A stretch of DNA of 64,000 bases from Candidatus Sericytochromatia bacterium (GCA_018780035.1 JADMKE010000003.1:338753-402752), one strand, 5' to 3'; positions 27,327-37,960 are shown, counted from the stretch's first letter. Notes: generated by a model not told the origin, from the letters alone. Program-made: numbers and translations.

Positions 27327-29582
27327 TTAAATTTTTAAAAGAGAAGCCAGCCAATTTGCAAATTCACGTGGGCCTTGGGGATTGTCAAAGAGCAGCGAAT
27401 GACCCGCATGAATCCGTTCTGAGAGCGATTGGCGCAGGTCTGGTTCTGTGGCAATTTGCACAGCCCTTGTCGCAAAGGCCTCTGCAGAAGCTGTAACCAG
27501 TTCGGGGATCTCCAATAATTGGTACATCCCCGCAGCACTGCGGCCCCGCAACCAGGGGCTGGTCCAGGTGAGAACGGGGGTACCGGTGGCCAGGGTGAGG
27601 TAATGGGTGCTGCCACCGCCAAAGGGATGAGAGTCGAGCGCCAGATCGGCCTGTGCCAACAGGCTGAAAAAGGCCGCTTTGGGGGCCCAGGGCAAAAACC
27701 GGATCCGCTCTGCCAGCCCCCCCAAACTGCGCTCAAACCGCTCTTTTAAAAGCAGGTGCTGCCCTGTCTCCTGAAAGCGAAAGAGACAAATTTCTGCCAG
27801 GGGATCTTGCTCCAAGATCTGTTGAAAGGCAATATCCATATTGGGATGGATTTTAAACAAGGTCATGGCACAGAGATAGAGATGTTTGTTGTCGGGCAAA
27901 CCCAATTCTGTGCGGCTCAGCCAGGTTTTGGGCAATTCGGGTTTGGCATAAGACACGGGTAAACCAGGCAAGGTTACCAGGGTTTCGCTGTAATGATCCT
28001 GCGCTTCGGGCAATTCCATCGGGGCGTTGGAGACAAAATAATCCACGGTAGGTATTCCCGTGGTCACAGGATGCCCAGGCAAAACCGCCTGAATGGGAGC
28101 CAAGCGGGTCATGGCCAAAAAATAGCCAAAGGGCTCCATGCCAATATCTGGATAGATCAGGGCATCGAGGTGCAAATCTGCTACCTGTTGGCGGGCCAAC
28201 GCCAGGTCGCGGGGCAAACGCAGGGTTTGAGAGGCAAAGGCACTTAGGCGATCGGTGGCACTGTCTTGGGGATTGCCAGGAGCCAGCAAGAGAAAGACCT
28301 CAAAATGTTCGGGATCCAGGCCCAAAATATGTTGGGTGTAATAATGGCAAATGCTGTGATTGTAAAAAAAGCCCGATAAAAACCCAACGCGTTTGCGCTC
28401 ACTTTGGGGGCGTGGGGTCTTGGCGGAAACCTGCTCAGGCAGTAGCGGGCGGTAGAGTCCGGCAATGGCCATCTGCAACTCTTTGTCGTTATACCCCTGA
28501 TAAGCCAGATAAAAATTGGCCTGGCCAATTTCAGCAAGCGGATCCACAATCCGCAAGGGAAGCTCGGCCAAGATCCCGACCTCTTTTTCGATCCGCTGCC
28601 GCCAATGTTTTAGCTCTTCGAGGCTGGCATAGACGGGCGGTGCCAAGGTGGCCAAGCGAATGCGCTGAGCGTCGCTGGGCGCTTGGCTGAGCACCTGTTC
28701 GAACATGGACTGGGCTGCTGCCATTTGCCCCTGTTCTTTGAGTAAGTTGCCCAAATTATTGCGGGCTTCGGCATATTCTGGGCGGATTGCCAGGGCTTTT
28801 TCAAACGCGGCCTGGGCTGCAGGCCAATGACCCAAGGCCTGCAATGTGGCTCCCTGGCTGCGCCAGAGCGTGGCGTCGTCGGGGCTGAATTTAAGCGCCT
28901 TTTTCAGCCATTTGGCAGAGTTTTCCAATTGGCCCAAGAGTTGACAAACCCGTCCCAATCTTGCCAACAGTGAGGCATCATCAGGCAGCAAGGCCAAAGC
29001 CCGTTCAAATGTCGATTGCGCTTTTTGTAGCTCACCCAATTGTAATTGGGCATCACCCAGATTGATCCAAGCCAAAGCATAATCGGGAGCCAATTTTACG
29101 GCCCATTCAAATTGAGCTGAAGCCTCTGGTATGCGGCCGAGAGCCAGGAGTGCCACGCCAAAATTATTGCGGGCCCGCAGATGTTCCGGGTGTTTGGCAA
29201 TCAATTTTTCAAAAAGTTGAGCTGCTTCAGCATATTGGGAAGATTCTTTCAGGGCCGAAGCCAAATTGTACAAATGAGAAGGATTGTCTGGATCTGCTTT
29301 GAGAATTTTTTGGTACCAAGGCAAGGCCTCCTCCACCTTTCCAGAGAGCTGTAAAGCAGCCCCAAGCAAAGGGTAAAGATCATGGCGTTTGGGGGCCAGT
29401 TTAAGTGCTTTTTCCAGTTTGGGAATGGCTTTTTCGTAATCTTCTTGTTGGTAATAGAGGGAGCCCAACATTGCGAGGGCTTCAGAATTTAAACTCATTT
29501 GCAGCAGGGATTTTTCGGCATCCTGCCAGCGGCCTGCTGAGAGATTCAGCCAGGCTTGATTCAATTGTTGATCAGGGCGCAT
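27327..29582 (-). CDS. TPR-repeat protein with C-terminal GT41 (O-GlcNAc transferase/SPINDLY-like) glycosyltransferase domain
   Basis: 751 aa. The N-terminal half holds more than 8 canonical TPRs. The C-terminal half has OGT-like motifs (VGFLSGFFYNHSICHYY, HPVTTGIPTVDYFVS, HPFGGGSTHYLTLATGTPVLT). Confidence 0.7.
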   Translation of the reverse strand: MRPDQQLNQAWLNLSAGRWQDAEKSLLQMSLNSEALAMLGSLYYQQEDYEKAIPKLEKALKLAPKRHDLYPLLGAALQLSGKVEEALPWYQKILKADPDNPSHLYNLASALKESSQYAEAAQLFEKLIAKHPEHLRARNNFGVALLALGRIPEASAQFEWAVKLAPDYALAWINLGDAQLQLGELQKAQSTFERALALLPDDASLLARLGRVCQLLGQLENSAKWLKKALKFSPDDATLWRSQGATLQALGHWPAAQAAFEKALAIRPEYAEARNNLGNLLKEQGQMAAAQSMFEQVLSQAPSDAQRIRLATLAPPVYASLEELKHWRQRIEKEVGILAELPLRIVDPLAEIGQANFYLAYQGYNDKELQMAIAGLYRPLLPEQVSAKTPRPQSERKRVGFLSGFFYNHSICHYYTQHILGLDPEHFEVFLLLAPGNPQDSATDRLSAFASQTLRLPRDLALARQQVADLHLDALIYPDIGMEPFGYFLAMTRLAPIQAVLPGHPVTTGIPTVDYFVSNAPMELPEAQDHYSETLVTLPGLPVSYAKPELPKTWLSRTELGLPDNKHLYLCAMTLFKIHPNMDIAFQQILEQDPLAEICLFRFQETGQHLLLKERFERSLGGLAERIRFLPWAPKAAFFSLLAQADLALDSHPFGGGSTHYLTLATGTPVLTWTSPWLRGRSAAGMYQLLEIPELVTASAEAFATRAVQIATEPDLRQSLSERIHAGHSLLFDNPQGPREFANWLASLLKI

Positions 29583-30972
29583 TTACTTCTTGCTCCAAAA
29601 AGGTTCCCAAATTCGGAGCAGTTTGAGAATAGTGTTCAATCAGGGTCGATGCCAAGTCCCAGTTCAGATTTTCGGCTTCATTTAGACCCTCACACAGTTG
29701 TTCCAGCAATTGCTGCTGAAATTCCCCATGTATTTTGGCCAAAGAATAAGGCACCCGGTGAAAACTGACCAGGGAGTATTTGGGAATAAATTGTCGGCCA
29801 AAGCGCTTTTCCAGCAGCAGGCTGACCTGTTTGCGCAGCACAAAGCCGGGATCGGCAACGGCATCACGCATTTCGATAAAGTTTTCCAAGGCCAAATCGG
29901 CGATGGCATCAGCGTCGGGTTTGCGGCGCTGATGGTAGGTCTGAAAGATAGGTTCCCATTGAGGATGGGCGCTGTGCCCCATTTCATTCATCACTTGACT
30001 GAGTACGGTGCAGTCTTCAAAAGCGCAGTTCATGCCCTGTCCAAAAAAGGGCACAATTGCATGGGCTGCATCACCCAGCAAGAGCAGTTCTGAGCCACTG
30101 TACCAGGGTGAGAGATGAATGGTGGCTAAGGCCCCCGTTGGATTTTGGAAAAACTCAGTTTGCAAATCTGAGAGCAGCGGCAGGGCATCTGGAAATTGGC
30201 TCTCAAAAAAGGTTTGCACCGCTTCGGGGGTTTGCAATTGTTCAAACCCCTGCGGCCCGTCAAAGGGATAAAAAAGGGTGCAGGTAAAACTGCCATCGGG
30301 ATTGGGCAAAGCAATTAACATAAAGGTGCTGCGCGGCCAGATATGCAGGGCATTGGGTTCCATCTGAAAGCCACCGTCGGGCCCAGGGGGAATGGTCAAT
30401 TCTTTATAACCGTATTCCAGATAATCCTGGGCATAATTCACCCGCACACGTTCTACCAGTGCCCGGCGCAAAGGCGAACCTGCGCCATCGGCCCCAAAGA
30501 CTGGCCCACTGGCCTGAAAGGCGTAGTTAAATTGGTTTTCATCGTCGACAAACTGAACTTGGTGTTTGGCGAAGTCATAACCTGTGCAGCGCTGGTTAAA
30601 CACGATTTGGATTTTGCCCGTATCTTCCGCGGCCTGAATCAGCGTTTGATTGAGGGCGGCCCGAGAAATTGAATTAATATATTCTCCCGATTGGCCATAG
30701 GGCTGAAAACTCAGTTTGCCGCTGAGATCATGTACCATGCGGCCATGCATTGGGATCGCCGCTTGCATGACGGCTTCTTTGAGTCCCACCTCTTCGAGTG
30801 CAAACAGTCCACGCGCCGAAAGAGCCAAATTGATCGAGCGACCGGCACCCTGCGGGACTTTACGCATATCTGCTCTGCGTTCAAACAAACGCACGCCATG
30901 CCCTGCTTGGGCCAGAACCAAACTGAGCAAGGTGCCTGCCAGTCCCGAACCCACTACTGTCAGTTCATTCAT
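29572..30972 (-). CDS. kmo: Kynurenine 3-monooxygenase (FAD-dependent)
   Basis: 466 aa. VVGSGLAGTLLSLVLAQAGHGVRLFERR (FAD-binding GxGxxG), RSINLAL, EPNALHIWPR, LLGDAAHAIVPFFGQGMNCAFEDC, FIPKYSLVSFHRVPY all match bacterial KMO. Confidence 0.9.
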   Translation of the reverse strand: MNELTVVGSGLAGTLLSLVLAQAGHGVRLFERRADMRKVPQGAGRSINLALSARGLFALEEVGLKEAVMQAAIPMHGRMVHDLSGKLSFQPYGQSGEYINSISRAALNQTLIQAAEDTGKIQIVFNQRCTGYDFAKHQVQFVDDENQFNYAFQASGPVFGADGAGSPLRRALVERVRVNYAQDYLEYGYKELTIPPGPDGGFQMEPNALHIWPRSTFMLIALPNPDGSFTCTLFYPFDGPQGFEQLQTPEAVQTFFESQFPDALPLLSDLQTEFFQNPTGALATIHLSPWYSGSELLLLGDAAHAIVPFFGQGMNCAFEDCTVLSQVMNEMGHSAHPQWEPIFQTYHQRRKPDADAIADLALENFIEMRDAVADPGFVLRKQVSLLLEKRFGRQFIPKYSLVSFHRVPYSLAKIHGEFQQQLLEQLCEGLNEAENLNWDLASTLIEHYSQTAPNLGTFLEQEVNAP

Positions 30973-32258
30973 ACTTTTAAAACCTGTTTGAGTCCTTCTG
31001 CGGTTTGGAAGATATCTGAAAAATTATTGTAAAAAGGCACTGGGGCCAGTCGCAGAATATCTGGTTCGCGCCAATCGCAAATAATGTCTAATTCCTGCAG
31101 GCGATCATGTAATATTCGCCCGCCTTTGATTTGCAAAGAAATCTGGCATCCGCGCTGAGACGGGTCTTTGGGGGTGAGCTGGCGGATTTTATCTGAATGC
31201 ACTTCAGCCAGTAAAAACTCCAAATAGCCTGTCAATAAACGGCTTTTGGCGCGCAATCGCTCAATCCCCACTTCGTCAAAAAGCGCCAGGGAAGCCCTTA
31301 AACTGGCCAAACTTAAAATGGGTGGATTGCTCAATTGCCAGCCCTCTGCTCCCAGAATCGGCTCAAAATCTGGGGGCATCATAAAACGGGTCTGTTGATT
31401 GTGGCCCCACCAACCTGCCAAACGCGGCAAATTGTCGTCGGCATGGCGGGAGTGAACAAAACACCCCCCAATCCCTCCGGGCCCCGCATTGAGATATTTG
31501 TAACTGCACCAGACGGCAAAGTCCACATCCCATTCATGGAGTTTGAGGACAACATTGCCAATACTGTGGGCCAAATCCAATCCCACTTTGCAACCGCGCG
31601 CCTGGGCTGCACGCACAATGGCGCGAATATCCAATAATTGACCACTTGTGTAATTCACGGGACTGAGCAAAACCAAGGCGACATCCTCGCCGTGTTCTTC
31701 GAGCGCGGCCAAAATCTGCTCGGTGCTCACACCGCCACTGTCGCGCTCGGGTTTGATCTCAATTAAACATTCATCTGGATCGAGTTCGTGGTACTGCATC
31801 TGAGAGATCACCGCATACCGATCTGAGGGAAAGGCCGGGCCTTCGATCAGTATTTTGGGGCGATCGAGGGTGGGCCTGTAAAAACTGATCATCATCAGAT
31901 GTAAGTTGGCTGTGAGTGAATTCATGGCAACCACCTCCATGGGGCGGGCCCCTGTGAGAGCGGCCAAGGAATCGGTGACCATTTCGTGGTAATACATCCA
32001 GGGGTGGGCCCCTTCAAAATGGGCTTTGACTGCCAAGTTTTGCCAATCTTTGAGCTCTTCTTCGATTAAATTGCGGGTACTCCGGGGCTGCAGACCCAGC
32101 GAATGGCCGCAAAGATAAATGGCTTCGAACCTGGATTTACCGGGGGGAAGAAAAAATTGACTGCGGTATTCGCGCAGGGGATCGTTGGCATCCATGGTCT
32201 GAGCAAAGTCCAATGTGGCTTTGTATTTCATTCCCTTTTCTCCCTGCGAGACCGTCAC
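30969..32258 (-). CDS. kynU: Kynureninase (PLP-dependent)
   Basis: 429 aa. YLCGHSLGLQP..., VNYTSGQLLD, DLAHSIGNV, WCSYKYLNAGPGGIGGCFVH (Lys in SYKY). ATGA overlap with kmo. Confidence 0.9.
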   Translation of the reverse strand: MTVSQGEKGMKYKATLDFAQTMDANDPLREYRSQFFLPPGKSRFEAIYLCGHSLGLQPRSTRNLIEEELKDWQNLAVKAHFEGAHPWMYYHEMVTDSLAALTGARPMEVVAMNSLTANLHLMMISFYRPTLDRPKILIEGPAFPSDRYAVISQMQYHELDPDECLIEIKPERDSGGVSTEQILAALEEHGEDVALVLLSPVNYTSGQLLDIRAIVRAAQARGCKVGLDLAHSIGNVVLKLHEWDVDFAVWCSYKYLNAGPGGIGGCFVHSRHADDNLPRLAGWWGHNQQTRFMMPPDFEPILGAEGWQLSNPPILSLASLRASLALFDEVGIERLRAKSRLLTGYLEFLLAEVHSDKIRQLTPKDPSQRGCQISLQIKGGRILHDRLQELDIICDWREPDILRLAPVPFYNNFSDIFQTAEGLKQVLKV

Positions 32259-32351
32259 TTGGGCGGTCAGTGTTGCTGTTAGCTCATTATAACACCCTCC
32301 CTCTCAGAAGGGCTCTGGACAAGCCCAGGAGATAGGCCTAAAATTAGGATC

Positions 32352-32924
32352 ATGAAAAAAATCTTATCTCTGACTTGTTTAGCGGCTTTTTTATTGCACC
32401 AGACCCCTGTCATGGCTCTGGTGCCAGGCCCGATTTTGCTGAGTGAAGAATCACTGCAAAGCCTCAAAAACAGCGGAGATGGCCCGCTTGAAATTCCCAA
32501 AAGTCGTGCCAAAGGGCATTGCCTCAAAATTGAAAATACCCGGATTTGCCCAGGCATTCCCTTTGCCAAAGCCCAAGTCTTGCATACCAGCCTTTTGCCA
32601 GAAAACGCCTCGCGGGTATTGCTCTATCCCGAAAAAGGCAATTTGCAAGCCCTGTTGGTCTTTTTGCCCACTTCGATTCAATTGCCAGCCCCCTCCCCTG
32701 AACAAGAACCGCTGGTTTTGGGGCCAGAACCCAGCCCTTTAAAAGACATATTGGCCGTTTTTTCAGAAGTCCCAAGCTCCTTGCCTTTTGCTCAGATCTT
32801 TCCTGCGAAAGTCGGAAATTTTGAAGATTTAACGGTTTGGTATTTCGCAGAAAAACACCTCGGTTTGATCAGCCACCATTCCGAAAAAGGCGATTTTGTG
32901 GTGGGTGTCTTTGTTCATCATTAA
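32352..32924 (+). CDS. Secreted hypothetical protein
   Basis: 190 aa with signal peptide MKKILSLTCLAAFLLHQTPVMA. No recognisable domain. Confidence 0.4.
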   Translation: MKKILSLTCLAAFLLHQTPVMALVPGPILLSEESLQSLKNSGDGPLEIPKSRAKGHCLKIENTRICPGIPFAKAQVLHTSLLPENASRVLLYPEKGNLQALLVFLPTSIQLPAPSPEQEPLVLGPEPSPLKDILAVFSEVPSSLPFAQIFPAKVGNFEDLTVWYFAEKHLGLISHHSEKGDFVVGVFVHH

Positions 32925-32945
32925 TCCCGTTTTGCACATTTAAAG

Positions 32946-35900
32946 ATGTCTTTGGCCATTGCTGAAATTCTCAGCGCCCTTTCAGGTTTGAGCCAATTGC
33001 ACAAACATCCCCGGATTCGCAGCCAATTGAATCAACTTTTGCCCCATTGGCAGAACCTGCGCCCGGCTTCGGTCAGTGAATTGACTCCCCGGCAGTGGGG
33101 GCGGTGGCAATTGCTCACGCGCTTTTGGCAAACCCATGGTGAGGCCTTGCTCCAACAAGCTGCTCGCCGGGGCCAGATCAGCCCCGAAACAGGCAAGGCA
33201 TTGTGGGCGCTGGGTCAGAGTTTGGCTGCGCCAGCACAAGCAAACTTAATCGCAGCAGGATTGATGCCGTGTACCGCGCTGTTTATTACCCGCTCGGGAC
33301 AATCTGACGTTTATGGCACCACCTGTGGGCTCGAATTGCGTCAACTCAAATACACCGACCGCTTTCCGCCTTTACATCTGAGTGCCCGCTTTGCAGATGC
33401 TGCGATACTCTCTTCGGGCCATTTGGCGCTGGAGGCCACAGGCCTGTGGCTGGGCAAACAATTGGCCTTGGAAGACGCTTTCCCGCTCTGGGCAGAAGTG
33501 GCTTTTCCCGACCATGTCAGGCTGATGGATGAATCTGCCAGTTTGGCTTTTGTGGGCGCAGTCTTGCAGCGGCTGTTTGAACACGAAGAACCAGGCCAGG
33601 CTTTTAGTGGCCTCGTGCGCAGGGATACAGGCCAAATTGAACCCGTTCAGGGCTTCGACCTGCCCTATGGCAAACTTGAAGCGGCCTTTGATGCCGGTGT
33701 TCAAACCCTCTACTTACCCGTGGGTACCCCTTTGCAGGCCTTGCCCGAAGCGGGTATTCGCCTGAAAAAGATCCACGATCGGCAATTTCTCTACTTCTTG
33801 GATCTGGCCCCAGAAGATGCCTTGAAAATTGAATTGGTTTCAGATTTAGATGGACTTTTTCTGGCCTGTTTTGGCGCAGATAAACTCAAAAAACTGTCGC
33901 ACCAACTGCAAAATCTCCCGACAAACAACCAAAACCTGCAGCTCAGATTGCCTGGCTTGCCCGCTTGGCGTGGCATGGAAAGCCGACTCCTGCCCTTGTT
34001 ACCTGAGGCCCTGGCAGAAGAGTTTAAATCCCTTTCTCAGGCTTTTGTCCAGGCCCATGAATTGACCATGGCAGGTTTGAACCACAGTGTTGCTTGGTTG
34101 GAATGTTCACAAAAACTCGAAACGTGGCACAGACAAAGCCTCCATTTTATTGGCATGTACCTGCTCTCTTTGGCTCTGCTCAAAGCCGAACCCCGCGATC
34201 AGGAAACCCTTTTTCAAGCCCTGAGAGCATTGCCGAGTCCCTTGCCGATCGCGCCATTTTTGGCCTTGCTGCGTTCTGCTCCTTTTATACGCAGTTTAGA
34301 AGATCCAGAAACCGCTGAGTCTTTGGGCCGTTTATTGACGTTTGTCTCCGCTTTGAGCTGTGACAACTCTGAAAATGGGCCAGAAGCCATTTGGGCCCGA
34401 TTCAGATTTATGCTCAATAGTTTAAGCTTGCCAAGTCTCTATGCCCCCCTGCGTTTGCAAATGCAGGGCTCAGTTTGGGTGAGTTCTGAGCAAACGGGCA
34501 AGCTGCCGCTGGCTTTATTTAAATTGCCGAACCAGGACAAACCCTGTGAGTGGCTGATCTTTGATGGCATGGTGGAGCAAACCCCTTATTACCGGGGTTT
34601 AAATCGGGAGGAGAGATGGGCCTGTCCGAATGATTGCCCAAACCTGCCAGAAAGCCCGTTGGAGTGGCAAAGGCATTTTTCTTCTGCTCTAACTACGCAG
34701 GACTCAAAACAGATCTTTGCATTTACGAATCAATTGCAAGTTCAGATTCACTTGCGCAATCCTGGCCCCTTGCCGATGGCAGAGGTGAAATGGACAGAAC
34801 AGCTGCCAGTTGGCTTGCGTGCTGAGCCCGCCGAACTGAGCTGGAAAGGCGCATTGGCAGCGGGTGAAAGTGTAGAAATCGCCTATCATTTACACATTCC
34901 CCAAGCGGGTGAGTATCTTTATCCAGAGGGGCAACTGCAATACAGGTACCAAAAGGGGCAGTCTTTTTCACTGGCGCCGATGGCAACTCAAACCATCAAA
35001 ATCTGCACAAAAGAGCCTCCTAACATTGTCCTGCAGCGGCGACTGACTCCCTTTCCTCCCCAAACGGGAGCAGAGCTGACCCTCAGCTTGACCCTCACCA
35101 ATCAAAGCTCTGTGCTGGCCCAGGCCTTGCATTGGAATCGGGAGCAACTCCTTCCCTTGGGATTTGAGAGCCAGGCTCCTCTGCCCTTTTTACCTCCTCA
35201 ATTGGCTCCCTTTGAAAGCAAGATACTGCATTTGGCTCTGGTAGCTCGGGTGCCCGGCTTTCAGGTTTTACCCGCCTTGCACTTGCAATACAGCGATCTT
35301 CACGGCCAAATGTTTGCCAGCGAGCTGGCTGCTGAATCGGTAGAGATCGCTTTCCACCCCCATTTTTCAAGTGAGGTTCAGGGCCCGACCTTGGAAAAGA
35401 TGGCGGGCTTGTTACGTCAAGGGACAGACAAAGGTTTCTACCTCTGGGGGCCCCGTGGCCAAGGCAAACGGGAATTGCTGCAAACCTGGAAGCAAGAGCT
35501 TTTCTGCTTGGAATTAAAATCTGGCGAATTTAATCAGGGTTCGGCTGCAAAGGTCTTTTATGAACGCCTATTAAGTCTGGCTCTGGCCCAGCCTGGTTTT
35601 AATGGTCAGGATTTGCCTCTATTACACAGGGCCATTTTAGCGCAAGATTCTCTTCCCAACCGAGACATCGACGCGGGTCAAGTCTTTCTTGCCGCTTTGC
35701 GTTTACTCAAAGACCTGGGCCAGATTTGGCCCCGAATCCTGATCAAAATTTATGATATCGAGGGCCTGAGTCCCAGTGAACTCGTTTTTGTGAAGGCCCT
35801 GATAGAACAAGCAGATGACTGTGTTTTCTTTTGCCTGACCGGCAGCTCCAAGCACTTGCCAGAGACGCTCTCAGATCTTGGTCTCATCGGCCTGCTTTTA

Positions 35901-37958
35901 CCCCCCTTGAGCCCAGAGTCGATTGGGCGCATTTTAGGCGAACTCTTTCCAGACAACCACTTTCCAGCAGATTTTGACCAAAACTTAGGGCGTGTCAGCG
36001 CAGGCAATCAATTTTATTTGCAAGAGACCTTGAGCTGGTTGGTACAGCAGCAATGGATCCTTTTTAACCCTGATACGGGTTGGCTCTTTACCCGGACAAA
36101 TGCAGAGTTACCCATACCCACCAAATTGGAAAAAATGATTCGCACCGATCTTGAGAGTTTGCCCGAATTGAGTCAGATTTTACAGTTGGCAGCCTTTATG
36201 GGAGAGACCTTTGAACTCAAAGATCTCGCTGCGATTTTGCAAAAACCCGGAGCCCAGATCCAAACCTGTCTCGAAAATGCCTTGCGCAAACAAATTTTGA
36301 CAGAAAGTGGCCATCAGCAGTATCAATTTTCGCATCCGCTTTACCAAGAACAACTCAAACACTTGGCCCAGGACAAAGCCTGCCGGATTCACCTGATCTT
36401 GGCAAGGTATTTTGAGAATCAATTGAACGCAGATCCCGAGCGCTGCGCTTACCATTATTTGGCCTCCGGTGAGGTCGATCAGGCGCTCAAAGCCAGTTTT
36501 TTGGCGGGACAAAGCGCTCGGCGCAAAGGGCATCTTGAGCCTGCCTTTGGCTGGTATCAAAAAACGCACCACTTGCTAAGTCAATATCCCGCGAAACAGG
36601 TTGAATGGCTTGAACTCTACCGCGAAATGAGCCAAGTGGCTCTCTTGAGTCAAGATCGGGAACAGGCCGAAGCCTATTGTTTGCAAAGTGAAACGCTGGC
36701 GCGAGAAAGCCAAAATCCCCTTTTGATTGCCACGTGTTTGATTGACAAAGCGGCATTGGAAGAGCCCAGCCATGCGCTGGAAATACTCGAACAGGCAAAG
36801 GTTTTGGCCGAACAATTGGGCGATCAGGCCTTGCTTTACAGGGTCTACAAGGCCCTGGCCGAGCGCACTGCCGAGATACGATCTTACAGCGAGGCCCAAC
36901 CCCTGTTTTACAAAGCCTTGGGGCATTCCGTTCCACAGAGTTTAGAGATGGCTGAATTGCTTGAAACCATGAGTTATGCAGCCATTCGTGCGGGCCAAAT
37001 CCAAATGGCAGAAAACGATCTTTTGGTGAGCAAACAGATCTATGCCCAACACCAACACGCAGCCGGTCTGGCCTCGGTCTACAACCGGCTTGGGGCGGCC
37101 TGTTTTTACCAACAGGAATTTAAACGGGCCCGCTATTATTTTGGCGAGAGCAAAACCTATCTGGAGCAAACGGGTAATTTGCTGCGCTTGAGCCATGTCA
37201 ATCACAATTTGGGGCTTCTGTCTGAAACCCTGCGGGACTACGCCCAGGCCCACGCGATTTTTAGCCAGAATAGAGCCCTGAGCCAGCGTTTGGGAGATGC
37301 CCGGATTGAGGGCCTGGCCCTCAACCAACGGGCCAGTGTGGCTCTCAAATTGGGAGAAATCCAGGCTGCCCAAGCGGATCTTCAACAGGCCCAGTACTTG
37401 CTCCAAAGCGCTGAAGATCGCCGAGGTTTGGCTTATGTCGACCTAAATCTGGGTCTGCATGGGCTACTCAGTGGTGATTTGGGACTTGCCCACAGCCATT
37501 TATTGAAGGCCCAAGCAGCCTTCAGCGAGGTGCAAGATATTATGGGCCAAGACCTGGTGACCCTGCGATTGGGGCATTTTTATTGGCTCAGTGGGCAGAT
37601 TGACCAAGCAGAAACCCATTACGCCATTTGTAAAGCCTCCCGTGAGGTGTTGGACGCCAAACAGCTCGATGGCTTGGAGCGTGTCTATCATGCCTTGGGT
37701 GTTGTGGCTTTCAGCCGGGAAGATTTACAAGCGGCTGACGCTAATTTTAAACAGGCCGAAAGCATTTTGCTCAAAACCCGTGAGCTTTCACATTTGGCGA
37801 AGGTCTTCCACAATCAAATGCGGGTGGCCCTCCAACGCAAGCAATTGGATCAGGCCTTAAAACTCAAACGGGACAGGGATATGTTGATTCAAATCGACCC
37901 TTATCACCGCTCCAGCTATTTATTGGCGGAAACGTCTCTGGCCCTGATCTTGGACTGA
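32946..37958 (+). CDS. Giant multidomain protein: N-terminal unknown domain, two DUF11/CARDB-like beta-sandwich modules, degenerate P-loop NTPase (STAND-like) module, C-terminal TPR array
   Basis: 1670 aa. A Walker-A-like FYLWGPRGQGKRELL (GxxGxGK followed by R, not S/T). A Walker-B-like ILIKIYDIEG. DUF11-like LTLSLTLTNQSS and IHLRNPGPLP. At least 10 TPR-like units in the last ~600 aa (LYRVYKALAERTAEIRSYSEA, LASVYNRLGAACFYQQEFKRA, and others). Confidence 0.5.
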   Translation: MSLAIAEILSALSGLSQLHKHPRIRSQLNQLLPHWQNLRPASVSELTPRQWGRWQLLTRFWQTHGEALLQQAARRGQISPETGKALWALGQSLAAPAQANLIAAGLMPCTALFITRSGQSDVYGTTCGLELRQLKYTDRFPPLHLSARFADAAILSSGHLALEATGLWLGKQLALEDAFPLWAEVAFPDHVRLMDESASLAFVGAVLQRLFEHEEPGQAFSGLVRRDTGQIEPVQGFDLPYGKLEAAFDAGVQTLYLPVGTPLQALPEAGIRLKKIHDRQFLYFLDLAPEDALKIELVSDLDGLFLACFGADKLKKLSHQLQNLPTNNQNLQLRLPGLPAWRGMESRLLPLLPEALAEEFKSLSQAFVQAHELTMAGLNHSVAWLECSQKLETWHRQSLHFIGMYLLSLALLKAEPRDQETLFQALRALPSPLPIAPFLALLRSAPFIRSLEDPETAESLGRLLTFVSALSCDNSENGPEAIWARFRFMLNSLSLPSLYAPLRLQMQGSVWVSSEQTGKLPLALFKLPNQDKPCEWLIFDGMVEQTPYYRGLNREERWACPNDCPNLPESPLEWQRHFSSALTTQDSKQIFAFTNQLQVQIHLRNPGPLPMAEVKWTEQLPVGLRAEPAELSWKGALAAGESVEIAYHLHIPQAGEYLYPEGQLQYRYQKGQSFSLAPMATQTIKICTKEPPNIVLQRRLTPFPPQTGAELTLSLTLTNQSSVLAQALHWNREQLLPLGFESQAPLPFLPPQLAPFESKILHLALVARVPGFQVLPALHLQYSDLHGQMFASELAAESVEIAFHPHFSSEVQGPTLEKMAGLLRQGTDKGFYLWGPRGQGKRELLQTWKQELFCLELKSGEFNQGSAAKVFYERLLSLALAQPGFNGQDLPLLHRAILAQDSLPNRDIDAGQVFLAALRLLKDLGQIWPRILIKIYDIEGLSPSELVFVKALIEQADDCVFFCLTGSSKHLPETLSDLGLIGLLLPPLSPESIGRILGELFPDNHFPADFDQNLGRVSAGNQFYLQETLSWLVQQQWILFNPDTGWLFTRTNAELPIPTKLEKMIRTDLESLPELSQILQLAAFMGETFELKDLAAILQKPGAQIQTCLENALRKQILTESGHQQYQFSHPLYQEQLKHLAQDKACRIHLILARYFENQLNADPERCAYHYLASGEVDQALKASFLAGQSARRKGHLEPAFGWYQKTHHLLSQYPAKQVEWLELYREMSQVALLSQDREQAEAYCLQSETLARESQNPLLIATCLIDKAALEEPSHALEILEQAKVLAEQLGDQALLYRVYKALAERTAEIRSYSEAQPLFYKALGHSVPQSLEMAELLETMSYAAIRAGQIQMAENDLLVSKQIYAQHQHAAGLASVYNRLGAACFYQQEFKRARYYFGESKTYLEQTGNLLRLSHVNHNLGLLSETLRDYAQAHAIFSQNRALSQRLGDARIEGLALNQRASVALKLGEIQAAQADLQQAQYLLQSAEDRRGLAYVDLNLGLHGLLSGDLGLAHSHLLKAQAAFSEVQDIMGQDLVTLRLGHFYWLSGQIDQAETHYAICKASREVLDAKQLDGLERVYHALGVVAFSREDLQAADANFKQAESILLKTRELSHLAKVFHNQMRVALQRKQLDQALKLKRDRDMLIQIDPYHRSSYLLAETSLALILD

Positions 37959-37960
37959 GC

